The notes under the pieces were generated by a model. That model was given only the letters and a program-made list of their open reading frames with translations, did not search any database and had not been told where the DNA came from. Made by a program: the position numbers and the translations under genes. Positions 50,411 to 63,221 of a DNA stretch of 64,000 nt are shown in pieces. This DNA comes from Epiperipatus broadwayi (Eukaryota > Animalia > Onychophora): contig JAQFVV010000011.1 in the NCBI GenBank assembly GCA_028023455.1, positions 2,356,001 through 2,420,000 on the forward strand, written 5' to 3'. The stretch's first letter is position 1; every line of letters begins with the position of its first letter.

Positions 50411-51369
50411 ATTTGTAGTACACGCTTATTAAATTAAGTCACATAATGTATGACTTGATTTCTTTGCAATAAAACATTTTATACTATCTTTATAACTTTA
50501 TTCTTGATATCTTATGCTTCAATCAAATACGAGAAGCAAATACACAAAACTGAGTTTATCAATAGATGATTAATAATTATCATACAAAATATTTTGAAAA
50601 CATTTAAATTTTCTTCATGTATAAATATTTTATTTATCCAGCACCAAAGTATATCTAAGTCTATAAACTTATAATAAACTAACTTGTAATAATTGTGTAC
50701 AGATAAAGAAATGCAACAAATAGAAAGGGCATATTTTATGCTATCCAAAGCATTACAAAAATACACTTAAAATAAACAGGAATTAATGAAGCATATGTCT
50801 TATTATAATGAAGGTCTAAAATGGATAAATAAATCAAGTAAATGCTAATATTGCATGACCCATTGAAATGCACTCTTTTTAAAACAATGAATAATACAAC
50901 TTTATTATTATGAGATTTTCTGTTTAATGAATGCCATAATAATGGCCACAAAAACAAAAACCTATTTTAATAATAATAAAAATATTTATTTGCAATTTAA
51001 ATGACGTATGAGATTTAGTACAATAGATACTTTTTTAATTCAACAAATCGAAATAAAGTATTTGTACAATTTTACCATAACTATCCCCTTTAAGTATTTC
51101 TACAAATTATAAAATTAATCTTTGCATTATTTATTAGGTTTTCACAATTATAATCCAATACATTCCAACTATCTGGCACTAAGGATAAAACAACAAATAT
51201 ATATGGCTATATTACCCCACTAGCAGGATATTAATTACCTCACAATATCAACTGGGTCCCAAAATCAATGTGATAAAGCATATTGCATAGCGTATTGTAG
51301 AAATTGTATGAACCCATTGCAATACAATATATTAGTACCCATGAGAAGTGAGGAAATAAATATAATGTA

Positions 51370-53090
51370 CACCTGGGTCTCATTTTACGCGATAGATAGG
51401 TTCCTCAGAAAACACGCGCAAAAGAAATCACACAAAAATATATGTAACTTACCTTGAAAAAGGGGGATATGGACTGTGGTTTTTCAAAAATCGCATAAAA
51501 GCAAAGCACCAATGTAAAATTACTTTAAAATTCGCGCAAAAAAAAAAAAAAATAAGGAAATAAGATATGACTAATAAAAAATTTCAAATTTGAAAAAAAT
51601 TGATACAAGACAAACTTTTTTTAACTATAATATTTAATTTTATTCAAAACAATATGTATTTTTATGCATACATTTTTTTATACACGTTTTAATTATTATC
51701 GCTATTTGCCGATAAACAGGTTTGTTTGCAAACTGGTAAAAAATCAGATTCTTCACAAGAGGAAATACAAATAGTGCCAACTTCACTCTCATGTTGTGTT
51801 AATGGTTTTCTGGTGACAATGTAATTAGTAATTAATCTTTGAGATGATGATTTTATTAATTGTTTATGAAGCTTGTGATATCCAGACATACAACCATTTA
51901 GCTCTCGTTGGAATTTAAGAGCACGTTCATGATTAGTGTCATTAATAAGAAAATAATTTGCCAACTGATTAGAAAGTTGAAGACCTTCTCGAATTATTTT
52001 TGCAGTAAAAGAAACAGGTTACACTTCTTTTTCATTATCTTTTTCTACATTTTCTTCTGTATCTAAACTTATTGCAATAATATCAGTGTCATTTAAGACA
52101 TTATCCTCAAGCAATTCATCAATATCATTCTGGCTAAAGGAATCAAAACCTTCTCCACCAATATCATGTGCCAAAGTAATTATTTCATCTGATAATGCTG
52201 ATGTTTGAATAACTGCACTGCTTTCAAGACATGTAGGCCAAACCTTTTTCCAACAGGCATTTAAAGTGTGTGGTTTTATTTGAATAACAGCAAATGCAAT
52301 GTGATTTATACAGTCAAAGATTGTGAATTTTTTCCAAGCATCAGTTTCTGCTATTGGTTCATTTTCTAGTTTATCTAATATAAATTGAAAAGTGCGTTTA
52401 ATGTAATATTGTTTAAAAGTTGCAGTTATGCCTTGATCTATTTAGACTTATGATAATAAAAAGACATTTATTCACCACTGCTGGGAAAAATTTAATTAAA
52501 ACTAACAACTAAAAATTAAATTCTTATTTTTGTCTTTAATTTTTTAATTTTAAATTCCGTTTAAAAATCAAATTTCATTTCACATCACATTAATTTCAGG
52601 TCGCCATAAGTAATTATTAAATTGTTAATTACAATTAAAAATCAGAATTTTTAATTGTCAAATTTAATTGTGCCCACTGCTATTACTCACCTTTTAAGAA
52701 TAAACTTGTGGACACTAAATGATTAATAATTGATTACGTTCTTTTTTAAACAAAAACAGAATCTGATTTAAAATGCAAAATTAACACGCACAATGTTTGA
52801 ACAAATTTACATTATAATCTTGTAAAATTTAATATGTGTATACATAAAATGTGGAAATCATGATTTTAATTTCATTATTGCATAAAATCTTACTATTGTA
52901 AAGCACTGAAAATATTGAAATTACTAAGATGAAAGTCAAATAATGTGCTATTACTTTCAATATGACATAAGTGTGCAAAATTTATTATTTAAAGTAATAG
53001 TGCATTATCAGAGTTTGACTTCCGAAGAAACATGAATCGCGTAACTTCAAAATTGCGTTAAATAAATCCGCGTAAAACGAGACCCAGGTG
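51370..53090 (-). mobile_element. Tigger/pogo deletion derivative (copy T2; keeps C-terminal transposase region)
   Basis: TIR CACCTGGGTCTC(G/A)TTTTACGCG at both ends, TA-flanked. Minus strand ~52441-51689 encodes IDQGITATFKQYYIKRTF...WKKFTIFDCI...TLNACWKKVWP...ERALKFQREL, with one internal stop. Confidence 0.92.
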
Positions 53091-53445
53091 TACACATTAT
53101 AATTCAAATCTGCTTAAAATATTAAAATTGCAGTAATTAGCAAATAATAACTTTCAAATATCTTGAAAATGCTCTTGAATATTCAATAATACATTTAAAC
53201 ATTGCAATATAGGCAATATGGCTAATAAATACTATACAAATACGCATCTGTTATCTATGTACAGGCAGAGTCAAAAGATTAACAAGAACATTCTCTTTCA
53301 TGGAGGGCTGAATATATGAATTAGCAAAAGAAAAGATATCAACACCAATTGCCAAATTAACAGCTGACTTCAAGTAGCATGCCAATAAATAAATAAGCAA
53401 TTCATACATGTAATACTAGCAATAATAATAATATATAAATGGTTA

Positions 53446-53845
53446 TAAAACAAGGCAAAACTCTCCATACAGTAGTGCCACCCTTTACCAACCAGAGTAA
53501 TCAATCGATGCCAGAAGGCTTGTGTGTAAAATTCCTATCTAATGCCTACTCATCCAATATCTCCAGACTAGTTTCTGTCGTGTGGCCTTTGTCAGTGAGG
53601 AGCTTTGGATTTGAAGATCTAGGTGCAATGCTATCAGATCCAAAGCTCCTCCCTGACGAAGACCACAAGCCAGAAACTCATCTGGGGATATTAAATGAGT
53701 AGGCATTAGATAGAAAGTTTATGCACAAGCCTTTTGGCATCCATTGATTACTTTGGTTGGCACAGGGTGGCACTACTGTATGGAGAGTTTTGCCTTGTTT
53801 ATAAACCATTATGTGCTAGTATAAGAGATGGTGACCATGTGATAA
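53446..53845. mobile_element. Family B foldback copy B4 with two hammerhead motifs (53561-53601 minus; 53647-53688 plus)
   Basis: Inverted arms around ~53620. The plus motif is tcctcc-CTGACGA-agac-cacaa-gcc-a-GAAA-CTCA-TC-tgggga. Possible TSD aaatggtta at 53437-53445 and 53846-53854. Confidence 0.85.
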
Positions 53846-55335
53846 AAATGGTTACTTGCACACACTCTCATAAGTATAATAAAACATTTATCTAATTAAT
53901 TAATATGCATGAACTCAAAACATGATGGTATAACAAAACTACATTACAATTTTTGTACCAATTTAAATTTCATACACTGACCTTCAGATACTTTATATGT
54001 TCACATATATCAAGTATAAAGGCTGTCTTACCCAGTATACCAATTTCATATATCATATCAAATAATAACCAAAAGGACAATTATTAAAATAAAATATTTA
54101 CCTGGATATATATCAAAATCCTTTTACATATATTTTCTTTTATCGAATCCTTGTGCAGCAAACATTCATAAATATCCTTATAACACCATATAAAACATTC
54201 AAAAAATAATCATCAATATAAAAATTATAATTATCTAATACTGAGAACATTTTAAATTTATAAAACACATTTATATATGCTAAAGTTTTTTACCTATTAA
54301 ATTAACTGAAATGATTTAAAGTTCTTCCCATAATGAGAATTAACCCCTTTTTAACAACGATCTATTTTGATGTCTTCTTATTTAATAGACCATGACAATC
54401 TTTTATTATGCTGGCCAAAAAGAAACATATACACATATCACAATTCACATTAGGAAATCCTTAAATATTGACCATGGATACAATACAGTCATTAACAATG
54501 TGTTGGTGAAGTCAGGAGTAGATTTATAAATAGCAAAATAATTCCTTTATTAGTTTTTATTGTTTAATTAATTTTTAAGCATATAATGAACTTGAACTAC
54601 ATTTTCTTTAATTGAGTGGCAAAAATAAACCAACAATTGACCAGTAGGTTATTTCTGGATACTGGTTTAATAATAATGTTATCTTTTATTGATATGGCCA
54701 AAATATAAAAAAATATGAATAAAGTTCTTTTTTTTCAGTTTTTAAAAGAATCAATTTTAATAAATTTATCTCCATTAGATTTTTTAAAAAAAAGAACTTT
54801 AAAAATATCACATTTTTTCTTGTTTTTAAAGTTGGTTAAAACTTGATACTAATTCATCTTTTACTTCCTTTCACTTCAAAACAAAAAAAATATACAGCTT
54901 TAAAATTTTATACATATTAAGAAAAACTGCAAGTCTTTTACTAATGATATTTAATGTAACTTATTTGTTTTCAAGATATAATTATTGAAGTCATAGTAAA
55001 TGAATTAATTGCTTGTTAGATCTGAGATTTGATAAATTTTAGAATTAATGGGTAATAACCAAAATTCAAATCAACTAATAATTTTATAAGGTAAAATAAA
55101 TACTCATCTCCTGATGTTCTTTCTCTCATCTTCTGACAATTTTTCAGTTCCAGCATCTTTAGCATTTTTTTAAAAAATAAATGTGAAATTAGCATTCTTT
55201 CACGACTATCTTTAAATGCCTGGCTTAACATATATTGTAGAAAGAACAATGCAAGGATAACTACTCTCTCCTTCATTCTGATAATTTAACTTGAAAAAAT
55301 AAAAAATGAAAATAAAAGTGTCATCTAATTACTTT

Positions 55336-55438
55336 TTTTTCTCATGTGTCATAGCATCGGCCAGGAAGCAAACCCGCTAACCTGGGACAACTGCTTGCAA
55401 GGTGGCTGTGCTGACCTCTTGACCACTAATGCTTGACA
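55336..55438 (-). mobile_element. tRNA-derived SINE, copy S5, with 14-bp TSD
   Basis: catctaattacttt at 55322-55335 and 55439-55452 flanks the element; the poly-A tail merges with the left copy. Confidence 0.8.
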
Positions 55439-56539
55439 CATCTAATTACTTTTCTTTCCTTCCTTTTTTAATTTTAACACCCAATTTTTTTAAATTTCCA
55501 CACAAACTTTATTTTTAAAAATTCTCCTTTTTATACATTGTGCATTTGTATTTCTACTGCATCTTATTGTCCAAACAAATTTAAAATACTACAGGCTGGA
55601 CATTCAGCATTAGTATAAAGATGAACTTTTTAATTACTTTAAACTTGACAAACTTTTAAATCACTTTTGTCTAGACTTAAGAAAGTTATTTAATATAATA
55701 AAATAATATATTTATTTTAAAACACATTCTTTGTTAGTTAAATATCTTTTTCTATAAAACATTTATTATTTATTATCTTTATTTTATTAAAAGTTCTTTT
55801 TTAATGTTATTATAATTATTGTTATTTAATATTATTATAAAATATTTTCATTCTTAAAATAATTAATACTTTTATTTATTCCCAGTCTTACTTTACATAT
55901 ATTCATTTATACATTATACACACATATGTATTTCAGGAAATAACCTATTTTTAAATAATAATAATTCAATAAAATAAAATTAAACTAGCCAACAAATTTA
56001 TCAAATCCAAAACTCTATTTTCACTCAAAGACTATCTAAACAATCTGTCTTATTAAATATTATTTTTAAAGGCATTAAACCTAAATCAAACATTAACATA
56101 TTTAATAAGCTATAACTGGCAAGTATCTATTTAAATTTATTTACTATAACTACTTTAAAACAATAGATTCTAAACTAATATTTACTTAAGTTTACACTGT
56201 TAAATGAAAATTCTATGCATCTATCAGCAAACTAAATAATATTTTTAAATGATTATTAATAAGTATATTTAATAAATTGTTTTATTGACAATTGGAACAT
56301 TTAAATAATACCTATATAACTTAATTAGAACAAAGTTAACTGAGAACAAGTTTAGTTTTATTTAAGAAAAAAAAACAATTTTTAAAAATTATTATTATTA
56401 TTAGTTATGTATAGCACTCAAGGGGCTTAAATATATAGTTACAATGTGCGTATATATATTGTAACATTATAGTTACTATATATATGTAAAAGGAACTACA
56501 GACAGTATTGGACGTATATTAAAATGCTATAATATAAAT

Positions 56540-57100
56540 ACAGCATTTTCTACTCTTCAAAAGATCAGCAATATAATAACCAAGCCTAAGGATTCAATCC
56601 CTTTGAATCTCATGGTGTTTATCAAATCTCATGTGAAAATTGTAAAGCTTCTTACAAAGGTATAAGTAATCGTCACATCAGTGTTAGGAGAGATGAGCAT
56701 GCTAATGCAGTTAAACAACACGCATCATAATCAGCATTCTCACACTATACTATAGATTCAGGTCATAAAATCGATTTTTCTAGTACCAGGATCATATCCA
56801 GATGTGATAATCTCTACCAGTGCAAAATAAGAGAAGCCATTGAGATACTTAAAAGGCCAGATTGTATCAATAAGCAAGATGATACATGCAAACTTCCTCG
56901 TGTTTGGAAAGATTTTTTTTAAAAATACATTATTAATCTAACATTTTTGCTATTGGTGGAACTTTAACGTTTTTTTCAAATCAGTGATTGTAGCGCCTCT
57001 ACAATCATCTTTCTACCTTTTATCACCCAGTAGATGACTTGTGTGATCAAGTTGAAACATCGGTATATCAATATTTAAATTTTTTAACACTTGATGAACT
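56540..57100 (+). mobile_element. 3' fragment of a second PLE family (GIY-YIG endonuclease + pseudo-LTR)
   Basis: TAFSTLQKISNIITKPKDSIP/HGVYQISCENCKASYKG...R..EH...*SAF..Y....GH.IDF...IREAIEI...IN...LPRVW. Decayed hammerhead at 57025-57064 (ACC-CAGTAGA-T-GACTTG/CAAGTT-GAAACATC-GGT). Confidence 0.85.
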
Positions 57101-57359
57101 TGCAAAATATGTCTTATATATATTGTAACCTTATAATTACTACTGTAATTGTTTAATTTAATTCACAAACTGTAAAAATTTTATTGGCTTTATTTTTATG
57201 GTTAAGCAAATATAATCACCACTATCATTGGTTAGATAGCATATAATATAATCAAAATTTAAGTCCAAAAGTCCATCATAATGCTTAAGAGAAAATATAA
57301 TTTTATAAAGGATTTAAAGATGTCTTCCCTAAAAGATTTCCATGTGCATTTGTATTTTG

Positions 57360-57409
57360 TCATATTATTATTTTTTTTTTTTTTTTTTTTATTTTATTAT
57401 TATTTTTTT

Positions 57410-57443
<34 letters not shown>

Positions 57444-57470
57444 TTTTTTTTTTTATTTTTTTTTTTTTTT

Positions 57471-57536
<66 letters not shown>
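57360..57536. repeat. ~175-bp poly(T)/(tta)n low-complexity tract
   Basis: Direct observation. The polyPhe ORFs in the track are artefacts of this tract. Confidence 0.95.
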
Positions 57537-57537
<1 letters not shown>

Positions 57538-58689
57538 GGAAAAATGCCATCAAATAGGAACATACACACATAAAACAAATATTTTATAAAAGAGATAACA
57601 GAATAGGACAATGAATCAAACATAACAACACAGAATATTTTATTACATTTAAATTTAAAAAATAATAATATGGTTGCACAATGATATAGCTAACACAGAG
57701 AGATGGCCGACCACATAAGGAGCTTACTATGATTAGATCCTCTACTAAAGTGATTAAAAATTGTAAGGTAAAGAAAAATATACAAAGAATTAGAGAATGA
57801 ATAATGGATAATTAATCTAGCCATAAATACTGGAGAAAATGTTAAATAGAACTTCAACCCTTTCACACATATAAATAAAGATATCTGAAAAAGATAAATG
57901 ATTCCCAAAAATACATTCTTGCCCAGGATATCTATCTAACCACCCACTTACACCCATCCATCCATTTACATACCTATCTATTTGTTGGTCTGCTTAGCTA
58001 TCTACAACTTTTCATATACCTTCACAATTTGTTCAATATTTATCATTATCAAATTACTATTGTTTGAACTAAAAGAATTTAACTTCACGAGAAGGTGAAT
58101 AACTTCGTTGGTCTTTTGTTTAATCACACACACCCTTTCTATACACATAATTACTTATTTATTAACACAAGTATTACGTTTTTTAAAAATGTAAAATAAT
58201 ATTGGTATCTTCTAAACTTTATTGAAGAAAAATATACAGAGAGATGAAGTTGCAATTATTTGATTATAAATAAAGAATGAATGCAAATCCAAAAATCTTA
58301 AATTTTGGCATTATAAGCCGAGACAAATAAAAATTTGGATAAATAAGTAGCTAGATATTTACAATTAGAGAATCATGGACTCCAAAACTATCTTGGTTAT
58401 CAAATAAATGTAGGTACATTGGCTGTCAAAAAAAAAATTTGATTGTAATATGCTACAACCTTCATTAGTCCTTGAAGAAAGTGTCACACCTCTAGAGGGT
58501 TCTGGAGTTTATTATTTTTTAATTAAAAATATCTAGATCTTATTTTATTGGTTACTTATTTGGGTTTTGTGTAATCTTAAAAATGAGAATTTTAAGATTT
58601 TCTTTATTCTACATATATATTTTATGAAATTAAATTAGGTCATGTGATATCTGATTTGATTTTTTTTAAATATATTTTATATATAACAG

Positions 58690-59210
58690 CAGTAAACTCT
58701 CATACAGTAGTTCCAAGTATAAACCTTAATAATCAATGGATCCAATAAGGTTTGTGCTTAAAATCCCTATCTAGTGCTACTCATCCAATTTTCCTAGACT
58801 TGATTTGAAAGCATTATATCTAGATATTAGAATACAATGCAACCCTCCAGCAGCCACCTTTTATCTATTTAGTTAAATATAAAGCTAAGACCCAAATATA
58901 AAAACACAATACTGTTTTCTGTCCAAGCTTATTTGCTTCTATAGACATATAGATCTGAACTCAGTTCAGTATCTACATATTTTGGTGACTTTGGTTTTTC
59001 AATAACTACAGACACCATTATTCTATAGGGAGGATAGATATAAAACCATCAAAACATCATATGATCACCATTTCATATGCAAGCTGTTAATAAGAATATG
59101 AAACTTTCTCTATACAGTAATGCCATTAAGTGCACGTTTTAGCAATCAATGGATGCAAGAAGGTTTGTGTATAAAATCCCTATCTAATGCCTAATTATCC
59201 AATATCCTTG
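58690..59210 (-). repeat. Two partial tandem family B copies (58690-59035 and 59050-59210)
   Basis: aaatccctatctagtgc, tgcaaccctccagcagccacc and ctgaactcag match the reverse complement of 63770-64000 and B7. The hammerhead region is deleted in the first copy. Confidence 0.75.
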
Positions 59211-59394
59211 CACTTGGTGGCTCTATTGTATTGATAATTTGCTACCATTTGTTAATAGCCTGTGTAAGCATATGAAATGATGATAATATATTTTATATAT
59301 AGTAATTAACTTCATGAAATTTAGATCCTGGCATTCTATTTACAGGTCATAGTAATATTGATTTCTAATTTAAACAGTAAAAATTATTCACCAC

Positions 59395-60416
59395 TAGGGT
59401 TTCCAATACCAAATAGTTTCTCTAAAATCAGTATTCCAGAACTGATATCAATACCAAAAACAGAAATATTGGTGTTTTCGGTCTTATTTTATTCAATTTA
59501 ACAAAGTTTAAAGACATAAACAAAATAAGAAAAATGTAAGTAAAAACAAAACTTTCTGTAATTAATTTTTCAAAAAATTGACAAAACATAAATTAAAAAA
59601 ATTAACAAAAGAAAAAAGAAAAGAAAATAGATAGAATAATAAAAGCTATTTAAATATAATTTTTGTTTTAAAATATTGGCTTTTAGAAAGCATAAATTAT
59701 TGATGCTGTCTTTCGAAAGCATCGATCAAATTTTTGTTAATATTCGATTGAAAAAATTCCAAAAGCAGATATTTAAAAAGGGCATCTGATTACATTTTGG
59801 GGAGTGATAGAATAAAAAAAAAAAAATCAGACAATATTGACATTCCAGAGGAAGAAAACTAAGGATTTTTTTGCAAAAATGATGTTTGTGTTCATCCCCA
59901 AGCTCCATTTATCAAAGATATAGATGTTCTGCACTGCCTTGGTTATGTGATTTAGGATACAAAAACATTTGTTGATCAACACAATGTAGTCAAAAGATCT
60001 ACTCTATTCTTTACCTGGATTCCTAATTCAACATTGAAAAAATGTTATACAATCGAATCTCATAAAAGTTGAAAAATATACAATAAATACCATATTTCAT
60101 GGCAATTTTATTTTAAATTTTGACTAAAAACTGTAACCATATACGAAAACATGATGATTTTTTTAAGTACATATTTTTTAGCTTAAATTTTTTGTTATAT
60201 TTTAAAGCAAAAAAAAAAAAAATTTAAAAAACGATGTAGTTTATAAAACTAAATTACTCTGATAGGAGCTTTATAAAATATTCCAAATCTCATGTAAAAT
60301 ATAATCAATACCAAAATACCAATTTTCTTGGGTTGGTATTTTTGTTATTTCTGTATTGAATTTTCTTTGGTAATACCATGATGCCAATATCGATAGAACC
60401 TGTATTGGAAACCCTA
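59395..60416. mobile_element. hAT-type non-autonomous DNA transposon (1022 bp)
   Basis: 15-bp TIRs TAGGGTTTCCAATAC / GTATTGGAAACCCTA. Perfect 8-bp TSD ttcaccac at 59387-59394 and 60417-60424. Confidence 0.9.
59780..59908 (-). pseudogene. Degenerate AN1-type zinc finger-like fragment (ZFAND1/2-like N-terminus) inside the hAT element
   Basis: MELGDEHKHHFCKKILSFLPLECQYCLIFF...HSPKCNQ resembles, from memory, the M.E.G.HC....C...DFLP..C..C...FC..H....H.C pattern. Several ligands are missing. Confidence 0.4.
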
Positions 60417-61357
60417 TTCACCACATTACTGTACAAGGTGAGAGGCTGATATTAATTTCCAGTCACTTAATGAGTTCCTTATTCCAGGATGAAATACTGT
60501 GAAATGGCCAAATGATTGTTGTTTTCCTCTATGGAATAATGTAGATGATTAACTACTTATTCATTTGCATGTGTTTGACATGTTATTACACATATTTAAG
60601 CCTATTTGACTTATGTCCTGAATATGTGTGTTTTATAATTATATGACCAATTTTGTAAGGAGAAACATGAGAAGAGTGAACATTTATTTATTTATTTTTT
60701 TTTATATATACTTTATTATAACCATTTTCACTAATTAATTAGACAATCTATCTGGACTAATTGTTATTTATTGAGTGATTATTTTTGTAGGAATATTAGT
60801 TTGTGATTACTTTATTGTGATTTAAGCATATTTTGTAGAAATATTGCACATATATATTATAAGCCTAGTAAGGTAATTAACTGTAAAAATAAATGATTAT
60901 AATACTTTATTACTTTCCTTTGCTAAAATTGTTGATTCTTCCTTTGGATTATTATTTACTTGAATTCTTTTAGTATATTTATGTCAATGTTTAAATTTAT
61001 TAAATATTATATATACAGTAACATGGAAAGTAGCAATGCAACAGCAAATTGTTTTAGTTACCTCAAATGATGCCATTACATATACCTGAAGACTGATGCC
61101 TTATTTTTCTATTACATAGAATTATTTTGAAATTATCTGGTGGTTTCCAAAGTTCAAGATTGTAAATTTGTAATAAAAAAGAAAACTATGTCACACTACA
61201 TCTAATTATGATCATAATTATTGTGACTAGACTTTTCTGCAATTCGATTTGCAAATGATAATCTTTCACACACTTATTTGATAACAATGTTTTTTCTTAG
61301 ATAAATACTCTCATGATCCCAAATCATTTAGACTAAAGATCACTATACTATTTTTAA

Positions 61358-61490
61358 CCCAGGTATAAACTTTAAACTTTGGGTCAAAAATTAATTAATT
61401 TTTATTGGTTACTTTAACGTTTATTTGCGGCTAAAAGTCAATTAATTTTAATTAAAATTAATTAATTAAGTTTAAAGTTTATGTCTGGGT
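61358..61490. mobile_element. Small MITE, possibly piggyBac-type
   Basis: ~25-bp TIRs cccaggtataaactttaaactt / aagtttaaagtttatgtctggg, with TTAA at 61354-61357 and 61491-61494. Confidence 0.6.
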
Positions 61491-61924
61491 TTAAAATGAC
61501 ATAATAATCAAATGAGTGAATGTGATAACTTTTTTGAATAGCAGTAATTTACTATTAATAAATCCCCCCCCCCCCCCAGATTTTAAAGTATATGACAAAA
61601 GATTACATTATCAATTTCATTATTTTATAAACTAATGATATAATATTCCGATCGGAAGAGTGCTCAGCTACAACTAACAAAATTAACATACAGAATAAAC
61701 TTTTACTTAGCCAACGTTCGAAATGTTGAAGCAAATCAATTACAAACTAACGATATATATATTCTTATTCGGTTGAAGCCCTGATTCAAGTTTTTTTTAA
61801 GATTTAAATTTTTTTTCTCTCTTTTAATATATTGTATCAAATTATTATTAATACAATATATAATGGAAACAGACCAGAATATTCTTATTTTTAATATTTT
61901 TATTTTTAGTACTGTATTTGTATA

Positions 61925-62030
61925 TTGGTTTATAATATGGAGTGGATAGCTATCGGAAGCTTGAAAGTCTGAGTTCAAATCCCTTCTAATTGCCTTAAGT
62001 TAAGTATAGACAATATACTTGTATTTAAAT
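61925..62030 (+). repeat. Family A 3'-end fragment (A9)
   Basis: ggatagct...gaaagtctgagttcaaatccctt...agtatagacaata...tatttaaat matches the ends of A6 and A7. Confidence 0.65.
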
Positions 62031-62769
62031 AAAAAATTAATTTGCAAAGTCAATTGATTTTTTACCGTAGAAACAGAACATTCCTTTAAAAAGACGTGTA
62101 TATATAACTGTAATCAATCATTAGTGACAAATTAGTAAACAATACATCCATTAAAGATATTAAATTTTGTGTTAATCACATGACACGTGTTTTTCATTAA
62201 ATGTTAGCTTTTGCTACTTACAATATTTTTATTAGCAACATTTACACTCCCAAGCTTATATGTGTGTGATATATGTATAAACGTATGATCTTATATATTA
62301 CGATGGGAATATTTCTGCAATTTGTATATATATTATATATTTGACTTGCAAAAATGACTATATTTTCTCTAAACTATTAAAAAAACTGGCTAGTAATATT
62401 AAAGAATATAAAAATGCTAATACAATTTACATTCGCTAGTTCGTTCCCTCCTCTCAATCAGTTTTTGCTTTTGAGTTTAAAACCAAGAAATATCGTAATC
62501 TTTCTTTTCAGTAGCATGATAATGCTTAACTAATACTTAGAGTTTTCTTGGATGTAGGATGAATGTCAGTGCTAACAAAGCGATACAATAAGAAAATCTG
62601 CCGAAAAGAATAAATATCTTAAAAGTATAAACAACCTTTTAGTATTGGGAAAAAAGCAGTAAGAAAAAAAAAGATTATTAAAAAGAGAAATGGTATTCAA
62701 GAGTTCTACAAAGAATTATATAGTAATAAAAAACAAAAAAATAAAATAATTTATATTATCTGAATTGCC

Positions 62770-63205
62770 AAGAATTTTTAATGAAGAGGCGAAATATCTA
62801 ATTAAATCTAAGAAACAAGAAAAAAGCTCTAGTAAACGATGGAATTATTATTCCATCATAATTATTGATATCTTTAAAAAAAGGTGACAAAGAAATACAA
62901 CAAATGTTGACATATGACTTGAAGAATATAGTAATAATATTGATATTTAAGAAAGATGATAAAGAAGATATTAGAAAATTATAGATCTATAAATATTCTT
63001 TCAAATGAGTTCTAACACAAAATCTTTACTAACTACAATTTGTCTATAATAAAATTTGGATTCAAACTACCCAACAAGCTGTATTTAAAAATAAATTTAG
63101 CATGGTAAACCACAACCAAGTATTGAAAGAAGTTATAAAAAGGGCCAATAAATATATGTTGCCATTATGCTTTGGATTTGTAGATTATGAAAAAGCATTT
63201 GTTTG
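62770..63205 (+). mobile_element. Degraded RTE fragment related to 15433-16938
   Basis: gataaagaagatattagaaa and tgctttggatttgtagattatgaaaaagcatttg match ~15640-15890. Confidence 0.75.
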
Positions 63206-63221
63206 TACAATCATTCCCGTA

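Noticed and set aside
54103-54242. Possible minus-strand exon with cag acceptor and gtaaat donor
   Set aside because: All three frames contain stops between the splice sites.
57281-57589. ORFs rich in Phe/Leu
   Set aside because: They are translations of a poly(T) tract, which may itself be partly a sequencing or assembly artefact.
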